A stretch of 16,291 bases of DNA, taken from contig CAJNOJ010000205.1 in the NCBI GenBank assembly GCA_905250025.1, positions 1-16,291 on the forward strand, given 5' to 3'. Source of the stretch: Adineta ricciae. Taxonomy: Eukaryota. Below are positions 1 to 9,897 of this stretch, piece by piece. The translations under genes were made by a program, and so were the position numbers. The notes under the pieces were generated by a model. That model saw nothing but the letters and a program-made list of their open reading frames with translations. It was not told the origin of the DNA and made no database searches. How positions within the stretch are numbered: position 1 is the stretch's first letter; every line of letters begins with the position of its first letter.

Positions 1-292
1 AGATGAGTGAATGAACAGCTGGATCGATGTCGATGTATCCTGCTTGGATTAGTCGCATCGGGAGAATGAAACACGAGCTAAGAAGTCCAGAAACAGTCGC
101 AGCAAATAGGTACATGACACACGGATTCGTTCTCAATGTTCGACGAGTAAAAATGAAGATACTTAATAAATGACCAATAGTACCAAATGGAATCATGATT
201 AAGCAGAAGCATCGAATGAACATCATTGCATACCATTTGATTTGTTGGGCTTCGAATTGTAAATCGGTTTTGTTGGATAATCGTAAATCCAT
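1..292 (-). CDS. Rhodopsin-like 7TM (GPCR-like) receptor, 5' portion only: N-terminus plus TM1-TM2. The gene continues off the left edge.
   Basis: The minus-strand frame is open from the left edge to a stop at 344..346. The first ATG lies at 292..290 and alternative ATGs at 226..221 and 196..194. The translation reads MDLRLSNKTDLQFEAQQIKWYAMMFIRCFCLIMIPFGTIGHLLSIFIFTRRTLRTNPCVMYLFAATVSGLLSSCFILPMRLIQAGYIDIDPAV... It has an N-glycosylation sequon (NKT) ahead of two hydrophobic helices separated by a basic loop (TRRTLRTN). The same layout appears in the 1899..2861 receptor (TKTARTALYNHT loop). It is absent from the ORF track because the ORF runs off the edge. Confidence 0.5.
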   Translation of the reverse strand, partial: MDLRLSNKTDLQFEAQQIKWYAMMFIRCFCLIMIPFGTIGHLLSIFIFTRRTLRTNPCVMYLFAATVSGLLSSCFILPMRLIQAGYIDIDPAVHSLI

Positions 293-1898
293 TCGTATGT
301 TTCTTAAAAGAAAGCTACAAGACAATTTCTCTTTCTTTTCTGCTCACGAGGAAAGAAGGTACTTTCGTTGTTGTACTTGTGTCAGCAGTTTTTACAAGTC
401 TATATTCTACTCTTCCACTCTATGCATCTTATATCACGAATGTAACGTCATCATTCTTTTCTTTTCAGCTCATGGTTTTTATAAAGGAGGTAAAAGTAGA
501 CGAGAGTTCCCATTGATCTTTAATGTTAACAATATTTGGTAATTATCTGCTTACTGTTTTTTCTTGTGCTACCGCAGTGTCTCATCTTCTTCCTCTCAAG
601 GTATATGCAGAAATGAGTCCTCCCATTCTATTTCTATAAAAGAATATTTGATTAGCAGAGACATGTAGCATGAAAAAAAAGTACGTTTAACGTTCTCACA
701 CCGTTATATAGCGAAAAAAATAAGTTCAGCAAATCTTCTCAGTTCATCTTATCTTCAGCACTGTTAACAAGAGAGTGATAACGCGGTGTGAAAAAGAAAA
801 ACTATACTATAATTGATTGATGATCAATCGAGCGTTCGTCATGAAGAAATGAATTGTTTATTAACCTCGTTGATCAAGTAGATAAAGGGAAAAAAGTGTT
901 ATAAACACGAAGCTGTTTATGCACATGACAAACATTCTTCTTCTGATTACATGGAAAGTACATTATTGCGATAAAGCAAAATTTTCCTATTATCAAGTTA
1001 CTGACAGCCTATGATAATTTGAATATTGTTATTAGTGACAAAAATAGTTTTGTTTTCATGGTTCTAGTATAATTTTACCTGGGACTTTGCGTAAAAACAA
1101 AGCTTCTACCGCAATCATTATATCAGAGTATATATAATGCACCCTTGATTACAACGATTGCTAGGTTCACTCCATCATACGATACGTTGCAGTATTGAAT
1201 AGTTTATCTTTTCTTATAGTGACGATTAATGCGTACCATGAAACAAATCTGTCGATTGTTTTTCTATAAATTCATACTCATATGCGATGATAATCAATTG
1301 AAATTGTTCTTCAAATTAGCTTTTTTTTTAAAGAAGATATTGCTGATGATTGAAAACACATCGAGCGTGTGTTGTTGAGAAACGTGTGTGTCATTTGCAG
1401 TGATGTCTGAAGCGGACAATTTGATGAAGGACCACAAACGTACGCATGCTCCACCAGTTAATCGAGTGCAAGATTTGTTTTTCTTTCACAAAACCAACAT
1501 CGACGGATAATGTTCGATATGCGAAGGATCGAGAAGTCAATGCAGCCGTATATGTTCTCATTAGAAGAGAACCGATTTCATCGGTTAGATGAAACTTATA
1601 ATCATCCTCTATTCGCTTGGTCTGATAGATTAAGGAACAACATTTCACTCTTGTCTATCTCTCATGAAAGTAACACCATTAGACTGAAATACCTCTTTTT
1701 TGTATGAGAAAAAGAAAAACGTTCTGTAGTTTGTTCCAGAATAACTCATTTAGTCACATTCGAGACGAATAGATACGAACAATGATGCGCACTTATTTGT
1801 CAAAAGAAAAAAAGACGTATTCGAGCATGTAGATATTACTTTTCAGTATAAACTCTCTTATAACTGAGAAGAACACATCTCTTGCCGTCACCCTCTAA

Positions 1899-2861
1899 AT
1901 GCTACAGAATGCGACAGAGAAAGTCATAGTTACTGGTAGAGATATCTATCTTCCTCCGAACTGGTCGGACATTACCTTCTCTTTATATATAGTTGGTCAA
2001 CTAGCATCGATTCCTTGCTATGTATTTGTATTTTATCATCTTTTGGCTACTAAAACTGCGCGCACAGCTCTCTACAATCACACTACTATAATCATGTTAT
2101 TTTTCAATTTGATCTACCTGACAATAGGTATATCATTAGTATTGATGTTCATGAAAGAGGGCGTATACATGCCATCCACTCCCGCACTTTGTCTTACTCA
2201 TCAAATGGTCGACCGTGGAGTTTGGTATGGAGCTGTATTTACAATGATTTGGCTGTGTATCGAACGACATATCCTAATCTTTTGCTCCAACTGGATCCGA
2301 ACTGCACGTGGGCAATGGGTATTTCATTATATCCCATTAGCTATTTTTTCTCTGTATGCGCCATGTTTTTATTTCTACATGATTTTCATTTATCCATGTG
2401 AGCATATATATGATTATCATGTTACTTTATGTGGTGGCCCTTGGTACTCGTGTTCGTTGTCAGCATCATTTCGTTTGTATTTAACTTTTGGCCATAACTT
2501 CATGCCATTCCCAATCATTTTCATTGTCAGCAGCAGCTTTCTACTTCGAGTCTTGATCCAAAAGCACCGTTTGAAACGTGGTAATATGTGGAAAAAGAAT
2601 CGAAAAATGATTTTACAATTTGTCTTTATTTCTACGACCTATATCAGCTTTGCTCTACCTTTCACGATGGTGAATATTACACGAAGAGTAAATGGTTATG
2701 ATGTCGATCCGAATGTGCGGACACTCTTTGATCGGATGGCCAATGTGCCAGCAATAGTTTTACCTTATGCCACCGCTATAACATTACCTCATGTGAAACA
2801 GAAACTTAAAATGTTAATCTGGTGGAAACGCACACGAACGGCTATCAATCCTTTATCGTGA
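1899..2861 (+). CDS. Rhodopsin-like 7TM receptor (orphan or chemoreceptor-type GPCR), 320 aa, apparently single exon.
   Basis: ATG-initiated ORF of 320 aa. The N-terminal ectodomain carries the sequons NAT and NWS. Seven hydrophobic segments are present. After TM3 there is an E/DRY-like motif (CIERHILIF). The third intracellular loop is basic (KHRLKRGNMWKKNRK) and the C-tail is short. The TM1 - basic loop - TM2 architecture is shared with the two partial receptor genes at the window edges. Confidence 0.6.
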   Translation: MLQNATEKVIVTGRDIYLPPNWSDITFSLYIVGQLASIPCYVFVFYHLLATKTARTALYNHTTIIMLFFNLIYLTIGISLVLMFMKEGVYMPSTPALCLTHQMVDRGVWYGAVFTMIWLCIERHILIFCSNWIRTARGQWVFHYIPLAIFSLYAPCFYFYMIFIYPCEHIYDYHVTLCGGPWYSCSLSASFRLYLTFGHNFMPFPIIFIVSSSFLLRVLIQKHRLKRGNMWKKNRKMILQFVFISTTYISFALPFTMVNITRRVNGYDVDPNVRTLFDRMANVPAIVLPYATAITLPHVKQKLKMLIWWKRTRTAINPLS

Positions 2862-3190
2862 TACATTAAACAATACAAAGAAGACAGCTTTGTCTCATTC
2901 TTCTTATTGATGTTGTCGAGAATTTGGAAATAAATAATTCTTATCGATATATAGATAAAGCGTCTGTTGCAATTTCCCATCACAGTGGAAGCTCAAGACA
3001 TAGTAGAACGAAATGTAAAAAATTTATACGCATTTGACGTTGCTATACACATCGTATGAAAGAGGAAAATGAGAGATAAAAAGCGTTATCAATTTTATAA
3101 AGAGCAGAGAACGAAAAAACATATCTCATATATAGTCAATACGGCTGTAGCTGCGTTACATTTTACGTTCTTCTTTTCGTCTTTTATCGC

Positions 3191-4726
3191 ATGATGATTT
3201 TTATTCTACTTGGCGTTGTTGCCATCCTAATTTTTCTTGTCAAAATATTCGATACGACTGACATTCCGAAGATCCACGGACTTCCTGAAGCTCCTAACTG
3301 GCCAGTATTTGGCAGTTTATTCCAGCTGGGTGAGAATCATTCGAAATCACTATCAAAATTAGCGAAAAAACTGGGTCCAGTATTTCAAATTCGTATGGGA
3401 AATCGACGCATTGTAGTGGCGAACTCATATGATTCGATCAAATATTTCTGGGTCAAAAATCAATCCGCACTGATCAGCCGACCGGCATTGCATACATTTC
3501 ATAATGTTGTCAGCAGTGAAGTTTTATCGATTGGAACTTCACCGTGGGATGAGTCATGTAAACAGCGTCGTAAGGCAGCAGCGACTGCATTGAATAAACC
3601 AGCTGTTCAGACATACATGCCCATCATCGATCATGAATCGTACACCGCAATCAACGAAATATTGCACGAGTGTCAAAATGGCAAAGCTGATATTAATATT
3701 ATTCCTCATCTTCAGCGATTTGCATTAAACACATCGTTGACCCTTAACTATGGCACACGAATAGCTTCGTCGGATGATGCACTTTTGAAAGAGATCGTTA
3801 CAGTCGAAGGAGCTGTGGCACAGTTGCGATCAGCATCGAATAATTGGCAAGATTATGTTCCCCTCCTACGAATATTTCCTGCACGATCAAACGAAGCAGC
3901 GACAATTCGTCAACGTCGAGATCGTTACCTCGTTCAGCTACTGAATGGTCTAAAAAAAGACATTGCTAATGGAGTCGACAGACCATGTATAACAGGAAAT
4001 ATCCTCAAAGATCCATCTGCTAAATTAAATGAGACAGAAATTCGAAGCATTTGTTTGACAATGATCAGTGCTGCTCTTGAAACAGTTCCAGCAAACATTA
4101 TTCTCGGTATTGGTTACCTTTCATCGCCACACGGTCAAGAAATTCAGGAACGTGCCTATCGAGAAATTCTTGATGTCTATCCGGATGGTGATGCATGGGA
4201 TAGATGTCTTGATGAAGAACAAGTTCCTTATGTCACCGCTCTCTACAAAGAAATTCTTCGTTATTATACCGTTCACCATATGAGTCTTCCTCGACGTAGT
4301 GTTCAAGATATTGAATACGAAGGTTCACGAATTCCGGCTGGTACGTCATTCTATATGAATGCATTTGCCGGTGACTACGATGAGAATCATTTCGAAGATC
4401 CGTATCAATTCAATCCCGATCGTTATCTAGGTGATGTGGATGGTACACCTCATTACGCATATGGTGCTGGAACACGAATGTGTATTGGTGCTCATTTAGC
4501 GAACCGAGAACTATACACATTTCTCATTCGACTCATCATTGGATTTCGCATTCTCGGACCATTGAATAAAGAAGATGCCGCAATCTTAGATGGAATGGAA
4601 ATCAATGCACGACCTACCGGTCTCGTTGTGCAACCAAAAATGTTCAAATGTCGTTTCGAACCGAGAAATATAGAAGATCTCAAACGATGGATAGACGATA
4701 GCAAACAACGGGCAGAGCATCATTAG
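3191..4726 (+). CDS. Cytochrome P450 monooxygenase, 511 aa, intronless, fungal-type sequence signature.
   Basis: Single ORF starting MMIFILLGVVAILIFLV, a hydrophobic ER signal-anchor. The I-helix motif is AALETVP (AGxDTT-like). The K-helix ExxR is EILR. A PERF-like FNPDRY is present. The heme loop FGAGTRMCIGAHLANRELY matches FxxGxRxCxG, and its HLANRELY continuation is characteristic of fungal CYP clans. A possible TATA (TATATAG) lies at 3129..3135, about 55 nt upstream. Confidence 0.9.
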   Translation: MMIFILLGVVAILIFLVKIFDTTDIPKIHGLPEAPNWPVFGSLFQLGENHSKSLSKLAKKLGPVFQIRMGNRRIVVANSYDSIKYFWVKNQSALISRPALHTFHNVVSSEVLSIGTSPWDESCKQRRKAAATALNKPAVQTYMPIIDHESYTAINEILHECQNGKADINIIPHLQRFALNTSLTLNYGTRIASSDDALLKEIVTVEGAVAQLRSASNNWQDYVPLLRIFPARSNEAATIRQRRDRYLVQLLNGLKKDIANGVDRPCITGNILKDPSAKLNETEIRSICLTMISAALETVPANIILGIGYLSSPHGQEIQERAYREILDVYPDGDAWDRCLDEEQVPYVTALYKEILRYYTVHHMSLPRRSVQDIEYEGSRIPAGTSFYMNAFAGDYDENHFEDPYQFNPDRYLGDVDGTPHYAYGAGTRMCIGAHLANRELYTFLIRLIIGFRILGPLNKEDAAILDGMEINARPTGLVVQPKMFKCRFEPRNIEDLKRWIDDSKQRAEHH

Positions 4727-4925
4727 AATATGAAACTTTCTTTTTTAATTAAAATAAAACGAAATGTACTTTGTTTTTCTATTCGGACAAGTCACACAAG
4801 CCGAACATTCGTATGTCTTCTTTTTTTAATTATTTTTTACATATCATCTGAAGACCTATTCACAAGTTATGGTGAAACAATAGACTGCAAAAATAAACTG
4901 TATTCGCAAAAAGATTCATTCTGCA

Positions 4926-5590
4926 ATGAATGCGTTTGTCGTTGGATTGATTCTCGGCTTGCTAGTCGCAGGAAATGTACTAGCAGTTTTTATCGTCCTG
5001 TGGCGAATATCAGGTTTGGCATTACGATGGTGCCAGTATAAATGTAATTACTTTTTTTTCTAGTCACAAGCTCTACAAGTACGAGTTTAATCAGTACAAC
5101 TGTCACAAGTACTAAGAATCGACTACATAGAAACACGCCTAGTTTTTTCATTCTTTTTCTAGATAAAACTTCAACAACAGCAGCAACTACTATGACTAGA
5201 CCTCCGTCATCGGCCTGCGTATATAATAGCAGTATAACTTTCTACAATAATCAATTTCTTTATTCTTCAACATCGCAAACTTATGCAGCTGGGATGTTAA
5301 ATAATCAATTTGGTGTTTTCAAAGCTTATAGCTATGGAAATGTAACTGCTCAAGCTATATGGACAGCAAATCAAACTTCCACATCCGTTCCATGTTTTCT
5401 TGCTTTACAAACTGACCGTAATTTAGTTGTTTACGCAACGAGTAATCAAACAGTACTATGGGCGGCTAACATTTATAATAATGGCACTGGAAAACCATTC
5501 TGTTTTGAAATATCCGATTCTGGAAACCTAATCTGGATTGACAACAGTAGCTCGATTGTCTGGCAAACAAATACAGCACAAGCGGGATAA
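4926..5590 (+). CDS. Type-II membrane-anchored bulb-type (GNA-like, B_lectin) mannose-binding lectin. Two exons, join(4926..5013, 5064..5590), about 204 aa.
   Basis: Exon 1 encodes MNAFVVGLILGLLVAGNVLAVFIVLWRIS, a 25-residue hydrophobic anchor, and ends in phase 1 at cag|GTTTGG. The 50-nt intron at 5014..5063 ends in a polypyrimidine acceptor, cttttttttctag. Exon 2 restores the frame and gives V-TSSTSTSLISTTVTSTKNRLHRNTPSFFILFLDKTSTTAATT, a Ser/Thr-rich stalk. It then joins the listed 5192..5590 ORF, which contains the canonical bulb-lectin mannose-binding motif QxDxNxVxY as LQTDRNLVVY. Two further degenerate beta-prism subdomain repeats follow (…NNQFGVFKAY…, …ISDSGNLIWID…). Confidence 0.65.
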
Positions 5591-6751
5591 TTCTTTTTCG
5601 CTTTTGACTGACCAGAAAAAAGATCTATTTGCAATGAAGTTTTTCTGTTTTCAACGTTTTATTCGCCGTAATTGACCACATTGTCGACAGATAGAATAAT
5701 AACCAAATCGTTGAGATAGTTCCCATATCCATTCCAAATGACAATATATATGGTGGAACTGTTTGAAAATAAAATACTTCACTGCATTACCATAGAGTCG
5801 ATAGATACAACGCACGGTGGTGCAAAGAGAATGCAGTTAATGTCCACCGAACGATAACTCGTCGTAGGACTGGCACGTGCCATACCATCATTGATTAAAA
5901 CATTTGCACTACCAACGAATAGATGTTCTAACGATTCTGGTTTGCAGGCTAGAAATGCTGCGCCGATAAAATTGTATACACTAACTATTAGTAACCAGTA
6001 GGAAAGATAGGGAAGAGCCATAGAACAAAATGATCTGCTTACGAGTATCTTCGTTTGTAGAACTTTGTTCTAAAGCAAGAGAAACGAAATGTAGTGTGTT
6101 TTATATTATTCATGTATTGTTATCACATCCTTATCAGCTGAATGCAATAGTTTACTCGGATGCCCCATCTTACTACTTTGTAGCGAGTTTTCATAAAATA
6201 AGAAGTTGTTAAAACAGCTATTATAGAGCAAGCCTCATTTACATCATTATGTCATATAGAAAATCGAACGCTTTCATCACCTTGAATAGTTTTAAATATG
6301 ATTTCCAAGTTTCGAAGAGTACCCTCAACGATGCATGAATACGTTCGTTGTTCCATGTCTCAAGTAATACAATTTATGATTGGTTCTTTATCTTGCGGAT
6401 AGAAATCTATTATTAGTTTAGGTAAACACACCGCTGATGGTGAACAGCACGAATTAACAGTGCACAATTATATGTCACATTCTTGCATTAGCAACGCTAA
6501 TGTGATGGAAACCATAATTTCGACTAAAACGAAGAAGAAAGAATAGGTCTGATGATTTTCTTTTTTTTATAGATCGTCTATCATCTTTTCAGAAATCGTG
6601 TTCCTTTTTATTCGGTTATCTGCATCTTAACTTAAATGAAAATCATGGTGATCGCTTGAAGCTGTTTTATTAACATCTATAGAAAAACAAATGTTTCGAC
6701 AATCTGACTTGCTCTTTTTCAGATTTTAGAAATGCATCGTTGAAGGAGTAT

Positions 6752-7969
6752 CTATTGAAATAATTCTTCGAGTCTAACCGTTTGTGTCGGTTCATAGGGC
6801 GCATACCACATTCCAAATTCTGATGCTACTAAATGAATATGTAGTATGATTTTACCATTGAGTTCAAGTTCTACTTCAATTGTATGTTTCGTATGTCCTT
6901 TGCATGCCGATTGCAGTAATGATCGAATATGTTCCACGCTCCAATACGTGTTACTCTTTTTCAAACGAAGCTGTGCTTCCATTTGCTGTCGCGTACTTTC
7001 GTAACGATGCAATGAACTAAAAATGACATTTGATTCACAATTGCGATGACATTGTGGTGAAAACAAATATGTTACCAGGACTACAGATAGGCCCTTTCAG
7101 TTCACTGGTAGCTTTGTCCGTAGGCCAACATTTTGGATGATTGTTAAGCGTTTGTATCAGATGTAAACTTTTCAAATGCAGCTTTCATATCTTGAGGGTG
7201 ATTGAGTGAGCATGAAGTGTTTGTAGCACATGAGTTGCCATATAAGGAAAAGAGGTCAAACGTTTGACTTGTGCTCCGATTTGCGAAGGTCCAGCATTTT
7301 CCGTTGAATAGATCTCGGTTTCATTGACGCTAGATAGCACACCTATCATTCCGGGCCACGATAAGCTAACGTAACGGTATTGTTTCGATGCGCCCGAACT
7401 GTTGATAGCAAATAGTAGAGTAGTCGAGACAGTCACATGATGAATATCACACTCACCATCCATATTGCGACCAGCATATGATTCGTTGATCCGCTGTTAA
7501 AGTATTCCAAACGACAAACTGACTACAGTTTATGGATCATCTGTACGCGCATCTGATCTTATCGTTCGGCGTTCAATCATACTAAATGGATGCTTCAGTT
7601 CATGAAGATAGAGATCATTCCAATATCTTCTGCTACTAAGTAAAAATAAAACCAATCGAGAATATGAGGAGCTAGTAAATATCCATGTGTATAACTTCGA
7701 TCGTCGGTTGTAATGGCATTTAGTTGTAGGACTGGAATACGATTGATTTGCTAGAATCGTGTCGCGTCTGTTTCTGTTGGATAACCGATAGCAAAGAATG
7801 AATGAGGTTTGCGTAGTATAATATCAGCATTTAAATTCGAGATTGTATGTCGAGTCCATTTCTCGCCTGTTTCATTTGTACTCCATCCAAATGCTTGCTT
7901 CTCTGGATGCACCAACGATCCATGTGTATCTGAAAAATATTCACTCTCGCCCGCCCCACCCTCAAGATG
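6752..7969 (-). pseudogene. Decayed gene remnant. Long ORF segments lie in three different minus-strand frames with an in-frame TAG between two of them. Function unknown.
   Basis: Minus-strand segments run 5'->3'. Segment 1, about 7969..7753, reads HLEGGAGESEYFSDTHGSLVHPEKQAFGWSTNETGEKWTRHTISNLNADIILRKPHSFFAIGYPTETDATRF, then a TAG. Segment 2 continues in the same frame from about 7750..7594: QINRIPVLQLNAITTDDRSYTHGYLLAPHILDWFYFYLVAEDIGMISIFMN. Segment 3 is the track ORF 7185..7463 in a second frame (…CDIHHVTVSTTLLFAINSSGASKQYRYVSLSWPGMIGVLSSVNETEIY…). Segment 4 is the track ORF 6752..7066 in a third frame (…HTIEVELELNGKIILHIHLVASEFGMWYAPYEPTQTVRLEELFQ*). I could not find consistent GT..AG introns that join these frames. 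Confidence 0.3.
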
Positions 7970-8081
7970 CTAGCATGTAAAATATTCAGAAAGAAAGATA
8001 AACCATTCTTGTTTATCACTAAGATAAGAAGCACAGTAACCATATTTATATTCAGGATGATTATTTGTCTTCATTTTAGGT

Positions 8082-9897
8082 ATGCTATTTCTACCTGTCT
8101 TTCTGTTGTTAATATGGATACGAGCTGTTGTCTTGCTAGATTTGATGAGCGATACATGGACGGCAACCGATGGCCTTGGTCGTTCTCTCCCCAAAACAGT
8201 ACCGTCACCACGAGCAGATCGATTCGTTGGGATGTTCTATTTTCTCTGGCTTGGCTTTGAATCACCTGATGGACCATTTGACATCAGTAAAATTCTCACA
8301 GCTCATCCAAATGCAATGTTAGAACCGAATAATTCCGCATGGGGGCCGATGACTCATTATCATCACTGGGGTGAACCTTATTTTGGCTACTATCGTTCAA
8401 ACGATCAATGGGTTATTCGGCGACATGCGAGAATGCTGGTCAATGCTGGTGTTGATGTTATCTTCTTCGATGTCACAAATACTGCTGTTTATCTCGAGTC
8501 TTTTCGAGCTATATGCCAAGCCTTTTCCGATGTGCGTGCTGTAGGAGGGTCAACACCGCAAGTTGCATTTCTCACACCTTTTGGATCACCGCTCGGAACG
8601 GTGCAAGTTCTTTTCGACAGTATTTATAAGATAAACTATCATCCGGAACTGTGGTTTCGATGGGAAGGCAAACCATTCATCCTTGCCAATCCACAATCCT
8701 TTCAAACACGTCCGGATATTTTAAATTTTTTTACTTTTCGGACGCCTCAGCCTGATTATTTCACTGGGCCAACTGGTGCCAATCAATGGGGTTGGTTAGA
8801 AATATATCCTCAACACGTCTACAAAACTAGTGCAAACATATCGGAACAAATGACTGTTGGTGTCGCACAGAACGCCGTTGGCAATCGACTGGGATCGATG
8901 AGTGAAGTTGGTTCTCATGGGCGTAGTTTTCATAACAATACTATTCCATCAGGTAATACATTAACACCGTACGGATTAAATATGCAAGAGCAATGGGAAC
9001 GCGCCATAGAAATTGATCCACAATTTGTATTTGTTACTGGTTGGAATGAATGGATTGCTATGCGTCTATCGGAATTCGCTAGTATAAAACTTCCAGTTAT
9101 GTTTGTCGATGAATTCGATTGGGAACATAGTCGTGATATTGAGCCTTGTGCTGGAGGAGTTAACGGAGGGTATCCTGAAGGTAGGCAGCGTGATTTCTAT
9201 TCAGTTATTAATATGTAATGGTTTCCTAGGAAATCATTATCAGGATGCGTACTATTATCAATTAGTGAGCAATGTTCGTCGTTATAAAGGCGCTCGATCT
9301 GTTCCAATACCTACTGAACCGAAAACCATCAATATTGGACAAGATTTTACGCAATGGGAAACGGTTGGACCATCATTCATTGATTATATCAATGACGTAG
9401 AACATCGCAATGAGACTGGATACAACACTAGTATGCACTACCGGGATGATACAGGTCGAAATGACATTATCTTAGTCAAAGTAGCGAGAGACATGAACAA
9501 TGTTTACTTTTATGCTCGAACTAATAACACGCTGACGAATGCGAATAATAGTTCTAACTGGATGTTACTCTTTATTGATATTGATCAAAATTTTACAACA
9601 GGATGGGAAGGATTTGATATTGTAGTTAATCGTCACATTAATGGTTCGCTTACATCTATAGAACGAAGTCAATCTGGCTGGATTTGGCAACTCGTTTCAC
9701 AAATTGCTTTTGCCACCGTTAACCATGAATTACACTTCGCTATTCCCAGAGCGTTATTAGGTTTCAACAGCACAGCTCCTGTCAAGGTTAATTTCAAGTG
9801 GGTAGATAATATGATACGTGATGGCGATATTCTCAGTCTTTTTCAAAATGGAGACACTGCTCCGGATGGTCGGTTCAGTTATGTATTTAATGGTTAG
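8082..9897 (+). CDS. Secreted TIM-barrel glycoside-hydrolase-like protein of bacterial type. Two exons, join(8082..9180, 9230..9897), 588 aa.
   Basis: Two track ORFs (8082..9218 and 9103..9897) sit in different frames. They are joined exactly by a 49-nt GT..AG intron at 9181..9229 (GTAGGCAG…gtttcctAG). The donor falls after codon position 1, so G|GA reconstitutes Gly and gives …GGYPEG-NHYQDAYYYQ…. The N-terminus MLFLPVFLLLIWIRAVVLL is signal-peptide-like. The catalytic-domain motifs are those of bacterial (beta/alpha)8 glycosidases: HYHHWGEPYFGYYRSNDQWVIRRHARMLVNAGVDVIFFDVTN and a strand ending FVFVTGWNEWIAM (an 'NEW' motif, as in GH99/GH71/GH114-type and GHL families). The C-terminal ~250 aa form a beta-sandwich-like domain (NVYFYARTNNTLTN…WMLLFIDIDQNFTTGWEGFDIVVNR). 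A possible TATA (TATTTATA) lies at 8043..8050. Confidence 0.8.

Noticed and set aside
195-542. Track ORF on the plus strand, 115 aa, overlapping the start of the left-edge receptor gene
   Set aside because: It has low complexity and a Cys/Ser/Phe-rich composition with no motif. Its ATG at 195 overlaps, in a catg palindrome, an in-frame ATG of the minus-strand receptor ORF, whose translation has clear 7TM character. The plus ORF is most likely a chance frame in AT-rich sequence.
815-832. Short inverted repeat GATTGAT-G-ATCAATC in the intergenic region
   Set aside because: The 7-bp arms are within chance expectation for AT-rich DNA, there is no second copy, and the repeat is not positioned relative to a promoter. 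It is not reportable as a regulatory site without further evidence.
1391-1707. Two overlapping short ORFs on opposite strands (1391..1648 minus, 1510..1707 plus) upstream of the GPCR
   Set aside because: They are short and overlap each other. Neither has a recognisable motif, signal peptide or splice context linking it to the 1899 gene. I treat the region as intergenic or promoter.
4730-5041. Track ORF of 103 aa overlapping the lectin gene's first exon
   Set aside because: It is in a different frame from the exon that splices cleanly (GT..AG, 50 nt) into the B-lectin ORF. It has no domain signature and is probably a spurious frame.
5779-6021. ATG-initiated 80-aa minus-strand ORF with a hydrophobic N-terminus (MALPYLSYWLLIVSVYNFIGAAFLACK…)
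   Set aside because: It could be a small membrane protein or an exon. I found no flanking exon, no convincing splice site and no recognisable family. Confidence is too low to call a gene.
8043-8139. Possible extra 5' exon of the GH gene (ATGATTATTTGTCTTCATTTTAG|GTATGC … cttgctAG)
   Set aside because: A donor-like AG|GTATGC and an acceptor-like ttgctAG exist. Splicing them would put the downstream sequence out of frame with the GH ORF. The ATG at 8082 already opens a plausible signal peptide, so the simple model is preferred.
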